The notes: generated by a model not told the origin, from the letters alone. 64,000 bases of DNA from Thecamonas trahens ATCC 50062 (GCF_000142905.1 NW_013657640.1:123208-187207), one strand, 5' to 3'; shown: positions 1 through 12,336, counted from the stretch's first letter. Numbers and translations are program-made.

Positions 1-324
1 CGAAGGAGAAGAATCATCTAACGGCGACGGAGACGAATCATCCACCTAGCCGCATCCACAAACTGACCACCACCAACCAACTTCCACGACCTGACCATCA
101 TCAACTTAAACTCGTCTACCTGAGACCTTGCATACCATCATCAACACGCCGACCAACCAGTCGTCGACCCGCCAGCTGCCGACCAGAGCCACCGACTGAC
201 AAACCGACGAACAAACATACAATCATCACGTGCTTCCCTCCCGCCCCCCCCCCCCCCACCCCACCCCCCACCCCCACCCCTCCCCCACCCCGGGACCCCA
301 CTCATCTCCCACTCACCCTCAGCC

Positions 325-1707
325 ATGACGCCGAGTACGACCATGCTTGCTATGGTGTGCGTGGCACTGTGTGCGGCAGCGGTGGCGCAGGGCAACACGT
401 CGCCGTCGACGTTCCAGCAGAAGACGGACCACTTTGACAACAGCAACACGGCGACCTTCAGCCAGCGGTACACGGTGAACGCGACGCACTACCGCAAGGG
501 CGGGCCCATCTTCTTCTTCCTCTCGGGTGAGGCACCCATGGAGGCTTTTGAGTTCCAGGAGGTCCAGGCTCAGCTCTGGGCTGCCCAGCGCGGAGGCATG
601 TTTGTGGTCCTCGAGCACCGCTTCTACGGCCAGTCCATGCCAGCGCCCGACTTTGCCACCCCCGGCCTCTCGCTGCTCTCCTCCGAGCAGGCGCTGGCCG
701 ATGCCGCTGCCTTTGCTGTCTGGTTCAACGCCGATCTGGAGGCCCGCGGCATGGCTCCGGGCCCCTGGGTCGTTGTCGGCTGCTCGTACTCGGCCGGCCT
801 CGCCGCCTGGTTCCGCACCCGCCATCCTTACCTTGTTGTCGGCGCCGTCTGCCCCTCGGGCCCGGTCCAGGCCACCCTCGACCAGTCGGACTTTCTGGCC
901 TGGTTCGAGCACGCTGCTCCCGCTCCGTGCGTGGCTGCCGCCAAGGCTGGATCCGCCGCCATCGAGGCCGAGCTTGCCCGAGGCCAGCCCGGCCTCGCGG
1001 CGCTCTCGACTGCTTTCAACACCTGCGAGCCGCTCACCGACGACGACGTCTTTTGGTTCCTGTGGAACGTGGCTCTGGCTGTCGGCACCGCCGACCAGTT
1101 CTCCAACTCGGTCCCGGAAAACACCCTGACTGAGGCGTGCGACATCCTCGCCGCCGAGTCAGACCCGATTGCTGCCTTTGCCAAGATTGTGGCCACCTCG
1201 GAGAACATCTACACTGCGCGTCCCGGTGGCAACTCGTGTGTCCACCTTTCGCAGTCGTACTTTATTGCAGACATGGCCCGTCCCGACAACCCCAACCGCT
1301 CGTGGTGGTGGCAGAAGTGCACCGAGTTTGGCTACTTTAAGACCTCAGTCAACGGCTCGTCTATTTTCTTCCCCTCGTACTCGCTCGGCCTCGACCGCAT
1401 CGTCCCGCTCTGCGAGGCCATCTACGGCATCGACGGCCTCGCTCCGCAGATCGAGTGGACCAACGCCAACTACGGCGGCAAGAACCTCGTCGCCGACAAC
1501 GTCGTCTTTACCAACGGCCTCCTTGACCCGTGGCATCTCCTTTCCATCTCCTCCGACCTTCCGGCCCCTTCCAAGGTCAAGGCTGTGACCTACGAGGCCG
1601 GCCACTGCGCCACGCTCAACGCTGCATCGCCCGACGATCCGCCGTCGCTCCTCGCTGCGCGCAAGTTTGTCGAGGCCCAGCTCGACGCCTGGCTGGCAAC
1701 CCATTAG
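325..1707 (+). CDS. Secreted serine carboxypeptidase family S28 (PRCP/DPP7/thymus serine protease-like)
   Basis: Signal peptide; Q-x-x-DHF; LEHRFYGQS; SSEQALAD; nucleophile elbow GCSYSA; W-x-W-Q-x-CTEFGY; NG-x-x-DPW; C-terminal HC. Confidence 0.93.
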   Translation: MTPSTTMLAMVCVALCAAAVAQGNTSPSTFQQKTDHFDNSNTATFSQRYTVNATHYRKGGPIFFFLSGEAPMEAFEFQEVQAQLWAAQRGGMFVVLEHRFYGQSMPAPDFATPGLSLLSSEQALADAAAFAVWFNADLEARGMAPGPWVVVGCSYSAGLAAWFRTRHPYLVVGAVCPSGPVQATLDQSDFLAWFEHAAPAPCVAAAKAGSAAIEAELARGQPGLAALSTAFNTCEPLTDDDVFWFLWNVALAVGTADQFSNSVPENTLTEACDILAAESDPIAAFAKIVATSENIYTARPGGNSCVHLSQSYFIADMARPDNPNRSWWWQKCTEFGYFKTSVNGSSIFFPSYSLGLDRIVPLCEAIYGIDGLAPQIEWTNANYGGKNLVADNVVFTNGLLDPWHLLSISSDLPAPSKVKAVTYEAGHCATLNAASPDDPPSLLAARKFVEAQLDAWLATH

Positions 1708-2390
1708 TGCGACAGATCCACCATTGAACAGGTACCTCCTCCTCATGCACAGCTCGAGCTACTCATTCGCGCACTCGGTTTCCCTGCTGGAATCGACCAC
1801 GCCGATGCCGGCCTGGAATGGACATGGCCAATGACGTCGATCCGCCGCCACAGTGCTCCATTTTCTATGTGTAAACAAACACAAGCATACTACTTCCTCT
1901 GCTTACTCCCATTGCAGAGCAGGGCTGATCGCTCCAGCTCGGGGGCGGGGATGCGGTAGATCGACATTTTGTCCGTGATCAATCATGCTCGAGACGGAGG
2001 GATGAGAGGATGACGAGGTTGTTCGGTCAGAAGAGAAGGAATGGAGAAACAGATCAATCGAGTCAGGTAAGAAGAATGGGCGGCGATAGCCGAGGTGGCT
2101 AGATGATGCTGTGACAGCCGGATGGAACTGGTTTGGCCCTCTGCATACGTTGTAGTCTTTGGTATCGGCTGGGTTCTGCATCAAGAGGTGGTTGGTTGAC
2201 ATCCATCGCATTCGTCGGCGTCCATCATGGGTGGCCATTGATCGTGTCGCCATTTCCAGTTGTGTAGAACCCGCGATGTTCAAGTCATGACCATGCTTGA
2301 TGGTGGCTCGGGCAACCGAGGGCGAGTTGCACCGCTCAGTTTGCCAGGTCGGCAGGCAGCACTTGACTCACCTGTGCTTAGGCGGCCAGG

Positions 2391-5300
2391 ATGGCGCTTG
2401 TAGCACTGCAGAAGACGACGGTCACGGTGGGCCTCAAGAGCGAGGGACGGGTGTTTGTGTACGACAAGGAGACGGATGGACTGGTGGTGGAGGCGCGTGT
2501 GCCATTCAGGCTCACGGCGCTCATCAATGGCCCTCGGGACGTGGTCTATCTCGGCGGCGAGGCTGGCAACCTGGTCGCCGTCTCACTCATATCCGGCACC
2601 GTCATCTGCTCCTTCCTCGGCCACTACGCAGACGTCGACTGGCTCTTTTTCACACACGGCGCCCTGGTCTCAGCCTCGGCTGTCGACCGCTCGCTCCGTC
2701 GCTGGGACATCGAGGTAGGCCCCTGTGGGTGGAGGGGGGGGGGGGGGGAGGTCGGGGTGGGGGGGGGGGAGGGTGGTGGGAGTGGCAGCGGGTGTTCCAC
2801 TTGCCCGCCGAGTGTTCGCCATGTTCCACGGGGCTGGGCGGGAAGTGTGGGGAGGGGGGGGGAAGGCAGGGGGTGTATGGCAGGAGAATAGGCATGCAGA
2901 GTGGGTGTGGGAGGTAGGAGGTGGCCCATGGTGTGTGGATGTGGGTGTGCGGATGTGTGTGTGTCGGGCGTGTGTGGGCAGGTTGGCACTTGGTCTATTC
3001 CGCAGGTGGCGGGTTGGGAGGGACTCACGGCAGGCGCGGGTCGGATGGACGGGACGGATGGACGGGACGGATGGACGGGACGTGGCGTGCGACAGACGGG
3101 TGCATGTCTGATGCGATATGTCGGGCCGGGCGATGTTTTGACTTCAGCGCTGGTCAAGGATGGGGTGCCGGGCATCTTTGCCGGTGCCTTCAATGGGCGT
3201 GTGTACCTGTGGCGGTGCCCGTGGTCGGACCAGCTAGGCGGAGGAGGCGAAGCTAGCGGCCGGCCGCGGCATTTGGTGTTTGACGGCGAGATGTCGAGCA
3301 GCGATGCTAGCCACGAGGCGCCGGACAGGCCTGGGGGTACAGGAGGTGGGGTGGACGAAGGCCGAGTAGGCGTCAGCGGAGGTGGCGACGAGGTGCTTGG
3401 CGAAAGAGAAGAGGACGAGACCGAGGAAGAGGATGAGAGCGGGGTCGAGCTGGTTGGATCTGAGCCACCGGCCTCACCACTGGGTACGACACCTATCATG
3501 CGACCGTGGAAAGTAATGGAGAGCCACATCAAGCATATCCACTGCATGGAGGCCGATGAGAACTCGCTCTTTACGGCATCGAACGACAAGTCGATTTGCG
3601 TGTGGAGTGTGCATGACGGGTCGCTGCTGCAAGTGCTCAAGGTTCCGCAGCGGCGAACGTCGACGCAGTTTATGGTCCGCGACGGCAACTATCTGTACAC
3701 GGCCAACAAGGACAAGACGGTCCGCAAGTGGGATCTGGCCACTGGCGAGTGCGTTGCGGTGTGGGTGCAGCATTGCAAGACCATTTTCGATCTCAAGATC
3801 CATGAGCGGTTCCTGTTTTCATCGTCGATGGACAAGTGTGTGTGCCAGTGGGACCTTGTCTCGGGCCAACTCGTTCAGACCTTTCGCGACCACCACTCGC
3901 GGACGATTCGGGCTGTGGAGACCGACGGACGGGTGCTGTATTCGGCGTCGGAGGACGGGACGGTCTCCAAGTGGAGCGTGGCGACCGGAGAGCATCTCAT
4001 CAAGTTTGACAACCGCGAGTCGCATGCCACCTGTATGTATGTCGATGATAACTCGGGCTCTCTCTTTTTCTCGCACGGCGCTGAGTTGTACCGCTGGGAC
4101 TTGGCGTCCGGCATCTGCATCCAGCGGTACACGGGGTGCACCGACGACATCAACGTGTTGAGAGTATCGGGCTCGCGGCTGTGGGCAGCCGGGGCGGGGG
4201 CGGCGATCTATCTTTGGGATGTGGAGACTGGCGAGCTGCTGACCAAGATGATGGGACACTCGCGGACTGTCTTTGCGCTGGTGGTTAGCGAAGACGACGG
4301 TGCGGTGTTCTCGGGCTCGCTCGACAAGACGATCCGCAAGTGGAGACTGGGCGGTGAGGCGGTTGCCCGGCTCCGGCGGCACCACAAGAGCATCCAGAAG
4401 CTGTGTGTCCACCGCGGCATACTCTTTTCGGGCTCGTACGACCACACCATCATCTCGTGGGACATGCACGTTCGCGGGCCAGTCCATCTCTACTCGGCAC
4501 ACACCAAGTCGATCAAGTGCATGCTTATGGTCGACGGGTACATGTTTTCAGGCTCGTTTGACCACGACATTCGGGTTTGGAGCGTGGAGGCTGGGACGCA
4601 GGTCGGCCATCTCACAGGCCACCGCAAGTCTGTGGTCTGCCTTGCCACTGAGCCACTCTCCGCTGTCGACATCTCCAACTCGGCGCTGGTCACCTCACCG
4701 GACGGAGTGGTCCGCCCGCTCTCGGGCCTGGCCTCTCATCTCCGCCTCGACTACAGCTCTGGCTTTCATCCTGGTGATCCTGTGCCCGACGGCGTTCACC
4801 CGTTCCCAGTCATCTACTCGGGCTCAGACGACTGCACTGTGCGGGCGTGGCGAGTCGCGGGCCACTTTGCCTGTATCATGGTCTACCGCGGTCACTTGCG
4901 TGGAGTCCAGTGCCTCGAGGTGGAGCCTGGTGGACGCCACTTGCTCTCGGGCTCGGGTGACGGGCAAATCCGACGGTGGTCGGCGCAGACTGGGGCATGT
5001 GTCCAGGTCTTTGACGGGCACTTTAGCTCGGTTGTCTCGCTAGTCCAGCTCACTCGTGGCGTGCTCCTCTCGTCGTCGCAAGATGGGACGGTCCGCAAGT
5101 GGAACATCACCGTGCCAACGCTTCGCGAGCTCTGCGTCCGCAAGGTCCGCGAGATGCGGACAGCAGTCGAGCACGAGAGCACCATCATGGAGGAGCTTCG
5201 TGCGTTGCGGTTGCCAAGGGACGTGACCGACGCCATTCTTGGTCGGGTCCCCGCCATGCGGTCGGAGATTGTTGCACGAATCACGCCCGAGCTTGCAGAG

Positions 5301-5414
5301 CTGTTTCCGGTATCCACCGGTGGTGAGGCCGGCGCGAGTGGCGCAAGCAGCAGTGGCGGAGCTGGAGCTGGAGCTGAAGCTGGAGCGGCCGATGCTGCGG
5401 ATAGAGCAAACTAA
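2391..5414 (+). CDS. Multi-WD40-repeat protein with C-terminal SOCS/BC-box-like motif; join(2391..2714,3096..5414)
   Basis: Many GH...WD-type repeats. GT at 2715 and CAG at 3095 join WDIE|TGACLMRY in frame. C-terminal VPTLRELC...LRLP. Start codon uncertain. Confidence 0.85.
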
Positions 5415-5465
5415 AGCGATGGGTTGGTTGTACGTGGTACGGGCCCCGGCCTGCATGGGGCGGTT

Positions 5466-8400
5466 TTACTCCTCATCGTCACCGAGCAGGAGCTGCGAGA
5501 CGATGGGCGAGCGTGCAAGCGAGACAGCCTCCCACAGCTCGTGCTCGTGGCGCGGGGCGCCGAGGTGGGCGAGCGAGGGGAAGCGGGCGACAAGGTCGTC
5601 CCAGTCGGGGGTGTCGGGAACAACGATAAAGTTGGAAGAGGTGGACGACTCGACCCAGACGGTGGCAAAGGGCAGGCCAAGGGCGTCGATGGCGGCAGCG
5701 ATGGCGTCCTTGGTGGCGGGAAGGGCGAGGAGGTCGCGGGCCGGGACGGAGCCGTCGCCCACGGTGAGGGAAACCTGCTTGAGGCGCTGGCCGGGGACGT
5801 TACCGGCCTCACAGGTGACGGCCCAGCCATCACCCGACACCACGTCGGTGTTTGTCGAGTTGACGTACCAGTCACCGCGGCGGAGGCCACCCTTGAGGGC
5901 GTGCGAGTGCTTGCAGCCGCGGGCGGAGCAGCCAGACTCGGCAACCATGTTTGCGGTGCAGAGACGCGAGACGGCGAGGCCCTCGTGGCCGCGGACGTGC
6001 TTGGCACTGCACGCCGGCTGCGAGATGCAGCCGTCAGGCTCGACGGTAAAGTCGGCGCACTCGGTGCCCGAGATGTCCGAGGCGCAGATGGTGACGGCCT
6101 TGGAGAGCTTGGAGAGGATGGCCTCGTTGACAAAGGCGGCCTTGGCGACGCGGACCGGGTCGAGCGAGAAGAACGAGCCCAGGATCTTGTCGAGGTACTT
6201 GAGGACGGCCTTGGCCTTGGGGTTGACCTTGTAGAACCACTCGAGGGCCGGGACCTGGACAAAAGCGTTGACGGCCCACGACGGCGTCGGTGCCGGCTCG
6301 TCGGCCTTGTCAGCGGTCGCCGACGAGCCCTTCTTCTTGCGGCGCTTCTTCTTCTTGGCCGGCGCCTCCTTCATAAAGGCGAGGGTGATGTTGGCATAGG
6401 CAAAGGCGTCGTCGAGGGCGGCAAAGACCTGGGCGAGCTCGACTTCAGGCGAAGCCACAAACGGCTCAAACTTGACCATGCCCGGGCGCTTGAGCAGGTC
6501 CGGCAGGGTGCGGTGGAGGACGGCAAAGGCCTCGATTGAGGGGTTGGTCCAGAGGCGAGCGGCACCGACTACGTCGCCGTACTTGTCCTCGACATCGGGG
6601 TCGACGTCAGACGGGCCACCGGCAGGCTCCTCAGCGTTGGCCTTGCCCTTGCCCCCCTTACCCTTGCCCTTACCCTTGCCCTTACCCTTGCCCTTGCCGC
6701 CGCGCGACTTGTTGGCGCGCTCCTCGTCCATCTCGCGGAGCAGCTCGCGCATCTCGTGGATGAGATCCTCACGGTACTCGTCAAAGGTGCCCGGGTATGT
6801 GTTGACCTTCTTCTCGTGGTCGCAAATCCAGACCTCATTACAGGCGCCCGAGATGAGCGACGGCGAATGGGTGACGAGGACGACGCCTCCCTTGAACTGG
6901 GAGAGCGCGGCGGTGAGGGCGTCGGTGGTTTCGAGGTCGAGGTTGTTGGTTGGCTCGTCGAGGATGATGATGTGCGGGTTGGAGAAGGAGAGCTCGACAA
7001 AGGCGACACGCGACTTCTGGCCACCAGAAAGAGTGGAGATGACCTGCTTGTGCTGGGCCGACTTGAGGCCGTACATGCCGAGGTACTGCCGGATCTTCTG
7101 CTCGTTCTTTTCGGGGAACTTGGCGGCGAGGTACTGGATCGGGTTAGCGTTCATGTCGAGCTGGTCGACAAAGTGCTGCGAGAAGAGGCCGATGCGGAGC
7201 TTGCGCGCGAGCATAACCTCGCCCTGGCGTGGCTCGAGCTCGCCGGTGATGAGCTTGAGCAGCGTCGACTTGCCGGTTCCGTTCGGGCCGACAAGGGCAA
7301 TGCGCGACGACATGGAAATGCCAAACGAGACGTCCTCGAACAGCGTGTCGCACCCCGGGTAGCCAAAGGAGACGTTGGAGACCGAGACCAGCGGCATGGA
7401 GAGCTGGGTCGGCTCGTCAAACTGGAGCTTGATGGGCTTGAAGCGGATGATCTTCGCCTTGTCGCCCTCTTGCGGCACGTACTTGCCGGACTTTTTCTCG
7501 CGGGCAATGCGCTTGTCCTTGGCCACGATGCTTGCGTTGTACTCGTCGACAAAGGCCTGGAAGCGGACCTCAAACAGGTCGTAGTTGCCCTTGTACAGGG
7601 TGAGGCCCTGATTCCACACATGGTACGTGTGGGTGGTGACCTGAGCGAGAAAGTCGCGGTCGTGCGAGACAACAAGCAGCGTGTGCGGGTAGGTCTGCAG
7701 GTACGACTCGAGCCAGATGACAGCGTGCAGATCGAGGTGGTTCGTCGGCTCGTCAAGGAGCAGGAGGCGCGGCTCGATAAAGAGCGCACGGGCGAGCGAG
7801 ATGCGCATGCGCCAGCCTCCAGAGAACGAGGTCGTCGCTGCAGCCTTCATCTCCTCGGTAAACTGGAGACCGGAGAGGATGGCGGAGGCGCGGGCTTCGG
7901 CCGAGTCAGAGCCCATGTCCTGCAGCTTCTCGTACACCTTGTTGAGCTCCGAGGAGAGGGCGTCCGCGGCACGGCCGTCGCCCATGGTCTCTAGCTTGGC
8001 TTCGAGCTCCTCCTTCTTGGTCAGGTACTTGAGGCGGCGCTTGTCAGAGCGAATGACAAACTCGAGGGCCGAGAGCTCGTTGAACTCGATTTCCTGCTCC
8101 ACAAGCATGGTGTCGATGTACGACGGGATGCGGAAGTCGCCCTCGCGGCGGGCAATGTGGTTGAGCAGCGTGGTCTTGCCGGACCCGTTGGGGCCGACCA
8201 GGCCGTAGCGGTTGCCCTTGGCGAGCGTGATCGACGCCTCGCGGTAGAGCTGCGCGCCGCCCATAAAGATGTTGAACGAGTCGATGATGATGTCTTCGCC
8301 CATGTTGAGCCCGGTATCCGACTCGTCGTCCGAGTCGGCGCCAGCCTTGCCCTTGCCTTCCGACGCCAGGATGTCGGCCTCCAACTGTTGGCGCTCGGCC

Positions 8401-8965
8401 TTGCGCGCCGCGGCCTCGAGCTTCTTCTGCCGCGCAGCCGCCGTTCGCGACGTCGTTGCCTTGGCCGCCGCTGCCGACGGGAACACCTTGTTCACAAACC
8501 GCTGGAAGGCCTTGTCGTCAATCTCGGCCTCGAAATCATCGACCAGGACGGTGCGGACGACCTCGGCGAGCTGACAAGACGACGAGGTGAAGAAGAGCCG
8601 AAAGGAGCGCATGGTGAGTTGGGGGGAAGAGCGGGGGAGGGGGGAGGAGGAGGGGGAGGAGAGAGGGGAATGGAGAGGGTGCGTACTGACTCTGCGTCTT
8701 CGGGGACCTCTTCGCTGACGTCTTCCATGATGAGCTGTGGCGGGGAGGGAAGGGGGGGGGGGTGGGGAGGAGGGAGGGTGTGAGTGGTGGATGGATGCCG
8801 CAGGCAGGCGACGGGGGGGGGGAGGGAAGAGGTATGGTATGGGATGGGGAAGGACCATGGCCGTACCTCGATGATGGTCGGGTAGAGGTCGGTGGTGTTG
8901 ACATCGTCGTTGGCTAGGATAGACGACATGCAGTCCTGCAGCATGGACTCGATCTTGGCAGCCAT
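5466..8965 (-). CDS. ABCF-family (GCN20/ABCF-like) soluble ABC ATPase with long C-terminal extension; complement(join(5466..8570,8687..8734,8867..8965))
   Basis: Two ABC domains (GPNGSGKT, FSGGWRMR, LLDEPTNHLD; GPNGTGKS, LSGGQK, LDEPTNNLD) and no TM segments. Two phase-0 GT-AG introns give the N-terminus MAAKIESML...IIE|LIMED...AES|LAEVV. Confidence 0.9.
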
Positions 8966-9049
8966 GGTGCGGGCGGTCTGCGACGAGTGGTGCCCGACTC
9001 GGACTCGGACCGGACGCGTTCGCCGTCTTCGTGGGCAGGGGCGGCCGTG

Positions 9050-11289
9050 ATGGCCAGCGGCATTGGCGGTGCGACCCTTGCTCCTAGCACCTTGCACCTG
9101 CGCTACCCACACCTCTCTTTCTTCACCTGGGACTGGCCCCACCTGCAGCCGCCCTCCGGGCAACCCCACCCCTCTGCATCCACCCCTACACACACCACCC
9201 TCCCCACCCCCCCCGGTCCCCCCCCCCTCCCCCCCCCTCCACAGCCATGCACTCCTCGCTTCTCGGACAGTCGATCCAGAAGCGCGACCTGCTGCGGACG
9301 CTGGTCCGCGATCGGCAGGACCCCTGGCCGTCCATCATCGACGTGCTCGAGTCCGAGGGTGAGACCGGATACGCCTTCCGCGTTCCCTTTGCCCGCCAAC
9401 TCGCCACCGACGGCTTGCTTGCCGAGCTCTGCCGCGGCGCGGCCATCATGTGCCAGGCTGCCGAGATCGAGCCGGACGAGGCGCTGGCGCGGGTTGATCC
9501 CTTTGGTCCGCTGTGGCACCAGCTTCCACCGCCGTCGCGCAACGCGTCGGCCGCTGTCTCGCTGTGGCACTCGGCCGAGAGTGGGCGGCCCATTGTCCGT
9601 CGTGTGTACTCTTTGGCGTCTGATCCGGGCAACACCCGCCGGGTGGTGACGTACGCTGAGGAGGATGTGGCCGTGCCTGGCGATGCCGTGCCGCGTATTC
9701 TGGCACTGACGCTGGGCGTTGCGCGCGAGTGTGCCGCCTGCGGCGTCTTGCACCTACCGGCACTCGTCCAGTGCCCCGAGTGTCGCTCCGAGCTCCCGCT
9801 CGTCTTCACCATTGTCTGTCCACACTGCGCGGTGCGCCAGCGTCTTGTCGCTCTCTGTTGCGCCAGCTGCCAGATTGACATCTCTGAGCCGCACTCGTGG
9901 ATTGCCGTCACCCGCGACCGTGTCGAGGCCCTTGCTCGCCGCCGCCGCCGCCACCTCGTCAAGCAGCACAAGCGCGCCCAAGCCGAGCAGCGGGTCCGTG
10001 ATCGCGCACGCGCCAAGGCCAAGGCTGCCAAGCGGGCGCGGGGAGCCGCTGGGCCGCCATCGCCAGGCTTGGTGCCGTTGGTTAATGGGGTCGCGCCCGA
10101 TCCCGACGTCCGTAGCAGCGAGCCTGCGCTGCTACACCCTCCGCGTGCCAAGCGACCGCGACTACTTGGCTCGCGGTTGTCTTCCACTGGGCCGCGTTCT
10201 GCACCTGGTATGGGCCTGGGCTTCGGCATAGCCAGAGCTGGTCTCTCGTCAGCGTCGCCGTCGTCTGCTGCGGTCGGCGCTCCGCTGCCGGTCTCTGTCT
10301 CGCTCAGCACAGACTTGCCGCTGCGAGCGTTTGATCCTCGGCGGCCGCTGCGAGTCTCATCGCCGGCAGTTTCCGCCGCATTGCTTGCCAACCGGCTTCC
10401 TGTCGAGCCCGCTGTGGGTCGTCAGAGCTTGGCGGCAAGCGTAGGCGCACCATCGGCTCCACCATCGCTGCAACTCCATGACGACGGTGACAGCGAATCG
10501 CCGACATTCATGCTCTCGGCGCCGCCGATTTCCGTCGACCTCGACCTCGAACTGTCGCTTATCGAGGATGCTCACACGACCCACGGCGTCAATGGCCAGC
10601 GCAGGACTGGTTCGCTGCGGGCATCGTCGGGGCGGGCTTCTTCGCAGGTTGTGGCCGGCGCAAGCGAGGTGCTCGAGACGGGTGCGACGAATGCGGCAAC
10701 TCGGGCCACCCACATGTTCATGCATCAGCCGCCGCACATGCACATTGTCATCCAGCGCGGGCGGCTGCCTGTCCGTCTCCGCGGCGAGGACTACATCTTC
10801 CTCATGGGATGTCTCTCCAACTCGCTCGGCTCACTCCTCAACATCCCGACTTTCAGCCTGCTTCCCACCTGTCTCGAGAAGCTGGTGGGGCGGCTGTTTC
10901 TAATTGAGCTCGTCGAGCACGTCCGAGACGACGTTGTCGAGTATGTTGTGCCACGGATGCCCAAGTCAGCGGTGCCCGAGCTCAATCCCGAGTGCGATCC
11001 CATGGGCGTGCCGCCGGTCAAGTGGCGGTCGACCGGGGGGTGGCGGTCGATAGCGAACGATGCCTCGGTTCAGGTATCGTTTCGCGCCCGGTCCGACAAC
11101 ATTGTCTCGTACATCCGCGTCCGCAAATCTTCCCATCCTCAGCGCGTCCTCATCCACGTGTATCGCGGCCGTCGCCACCCCAAAGCCAACGAATCTCTCG
11201 CCCGGTTTGTCCCACGGCGCTTGGAGCCGTTTGCCCTGTATCCGCCGCGTCTCTTGGCGCCACACCAGTATCTCGAGGACGGGGAGTGA
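9050..11289 (+). CDS. Uncharacterised protein with four CxxC pairs (zinc-ribbon-like); join(9050..9068,9245..11289)
   Basis: 680-aa ORF with CAAC/CPEC/CPHC/CASC. GTGCGA donor at 9069 and poly-C/CCACAG acceptor at 9244 join in frame (MASGIG-A-MHSS). Confidence 0.7.
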
Positions 11290-11518
11290 GTCCCACCCAG
11301 GACGCGCTCGGCTCCATCCCGTTTTTCCCTCACGATTTCTCGAGACTGGAAACGTGCATGGCGCTTACGAGGCAGTAAGCACATTGCTCTGTCCTTGGGG
11401 CAACCGTTGATGTTCGTAAAGGTTTAGTGGTGTTCATAGAGAGTGCGTATAGAGGAGGAACGTGGCGAGCTGAGCTGGACCTGGACCGAGCCCGATGGTC
11501 ACATCGCGTTCTTGGGAT

Positions 11519-11660
11519 AGCGTTCCGGGACCGTTCCCAGAACGCTATTTTGGCGAACGTTCGGGGGACGCTCGAGCGTCCCCCGACCGTTCGCATTTGG
11601 GAACGTTCTGGGAACGGTCGCATTTGGGAACGTTCGGGGAACGGTCGGGGAACGGTCCTG
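11519..11660. repeat. Imperfect palindrome built from GGGAACG(G/T)TC-type units, centred on CTCGAG at 11571-11576
   Basis: TCGGGGGACGCTCGAGCGTCCCCCGA is a perfect palindrome. GACCGTTCCCAGAACG on the left arm is the reverse complement of CGTTCTGGGAACGGTC on the right arm. Confidence 0.85.
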
Positions 11661-12336
11661 TAGTATTTCTATGGGCTGTCCATGGGGTCGCTGTGGGGAT
11701 GCCCCGACTGGCCCTATAGGCCGCCGAAGTGATGCAGATCGTGTTTTACTGGACCTTGAGGCCGCTGTCGGTACTCGGGTGACTTGGGATCACATCAAAG
11801 TCAATCATAGTTGTCATTCGCATGGCAGGCGGCAAGAAATAGCAGGATGTAAAAAAACAAGTCCTCAAACGACCGAAATATCAATTTTATATAATTTATC
11901 TTGTAGTATACGTACAAAGTTCAACTACTTTATTCCCACATTATTTTTTATATTTTTACAATACTAAATCTATATATTTTGAATCAAAACTTTTGAATCG
12001 CATCTATGTGGGCGTTCTCGACGATTTCGAGCAAAGACCACCCACTACCACTCCTAGCAACCTGCTATTGGCCTACACATGACATGATTCTCTAGAGCAC
12101 AACGTGAGCTATCTGTTGGTATCCATGAAGTACTCTCCAAATGTGTTCTCCTCGAGAAAACCGCGAAAATGTTCATATCATCCGATGATCCACATAGCAC
12201 TGCCCCCTCGTGGATGTGTGGTAGGGCATAGCCGAGTACTGCTGAGGCTAGTTTACATGGCACGGCGGCGGTAGTACGACAAAAGCGACGCATACCATCG
12301 ATTCGGCCACCTTGCAACCAGTGGGTTGGGCGTAGG

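Noticed and set aside
1760-2300. Lower-GC spacer with a 126-aa minus-strand ORF
   Set aside because: Atypical codon usage and no homology recognised.
11590-11660. Repeated GCATTTGGGAACGTTC units as a CRISPR array or heat-shock elements
   Set aside because: There are no unique spacers or cas genes and the context is eukaryotic. The GAAnnTTC motifs lie downstream of both flanking genes, not in a promoter.
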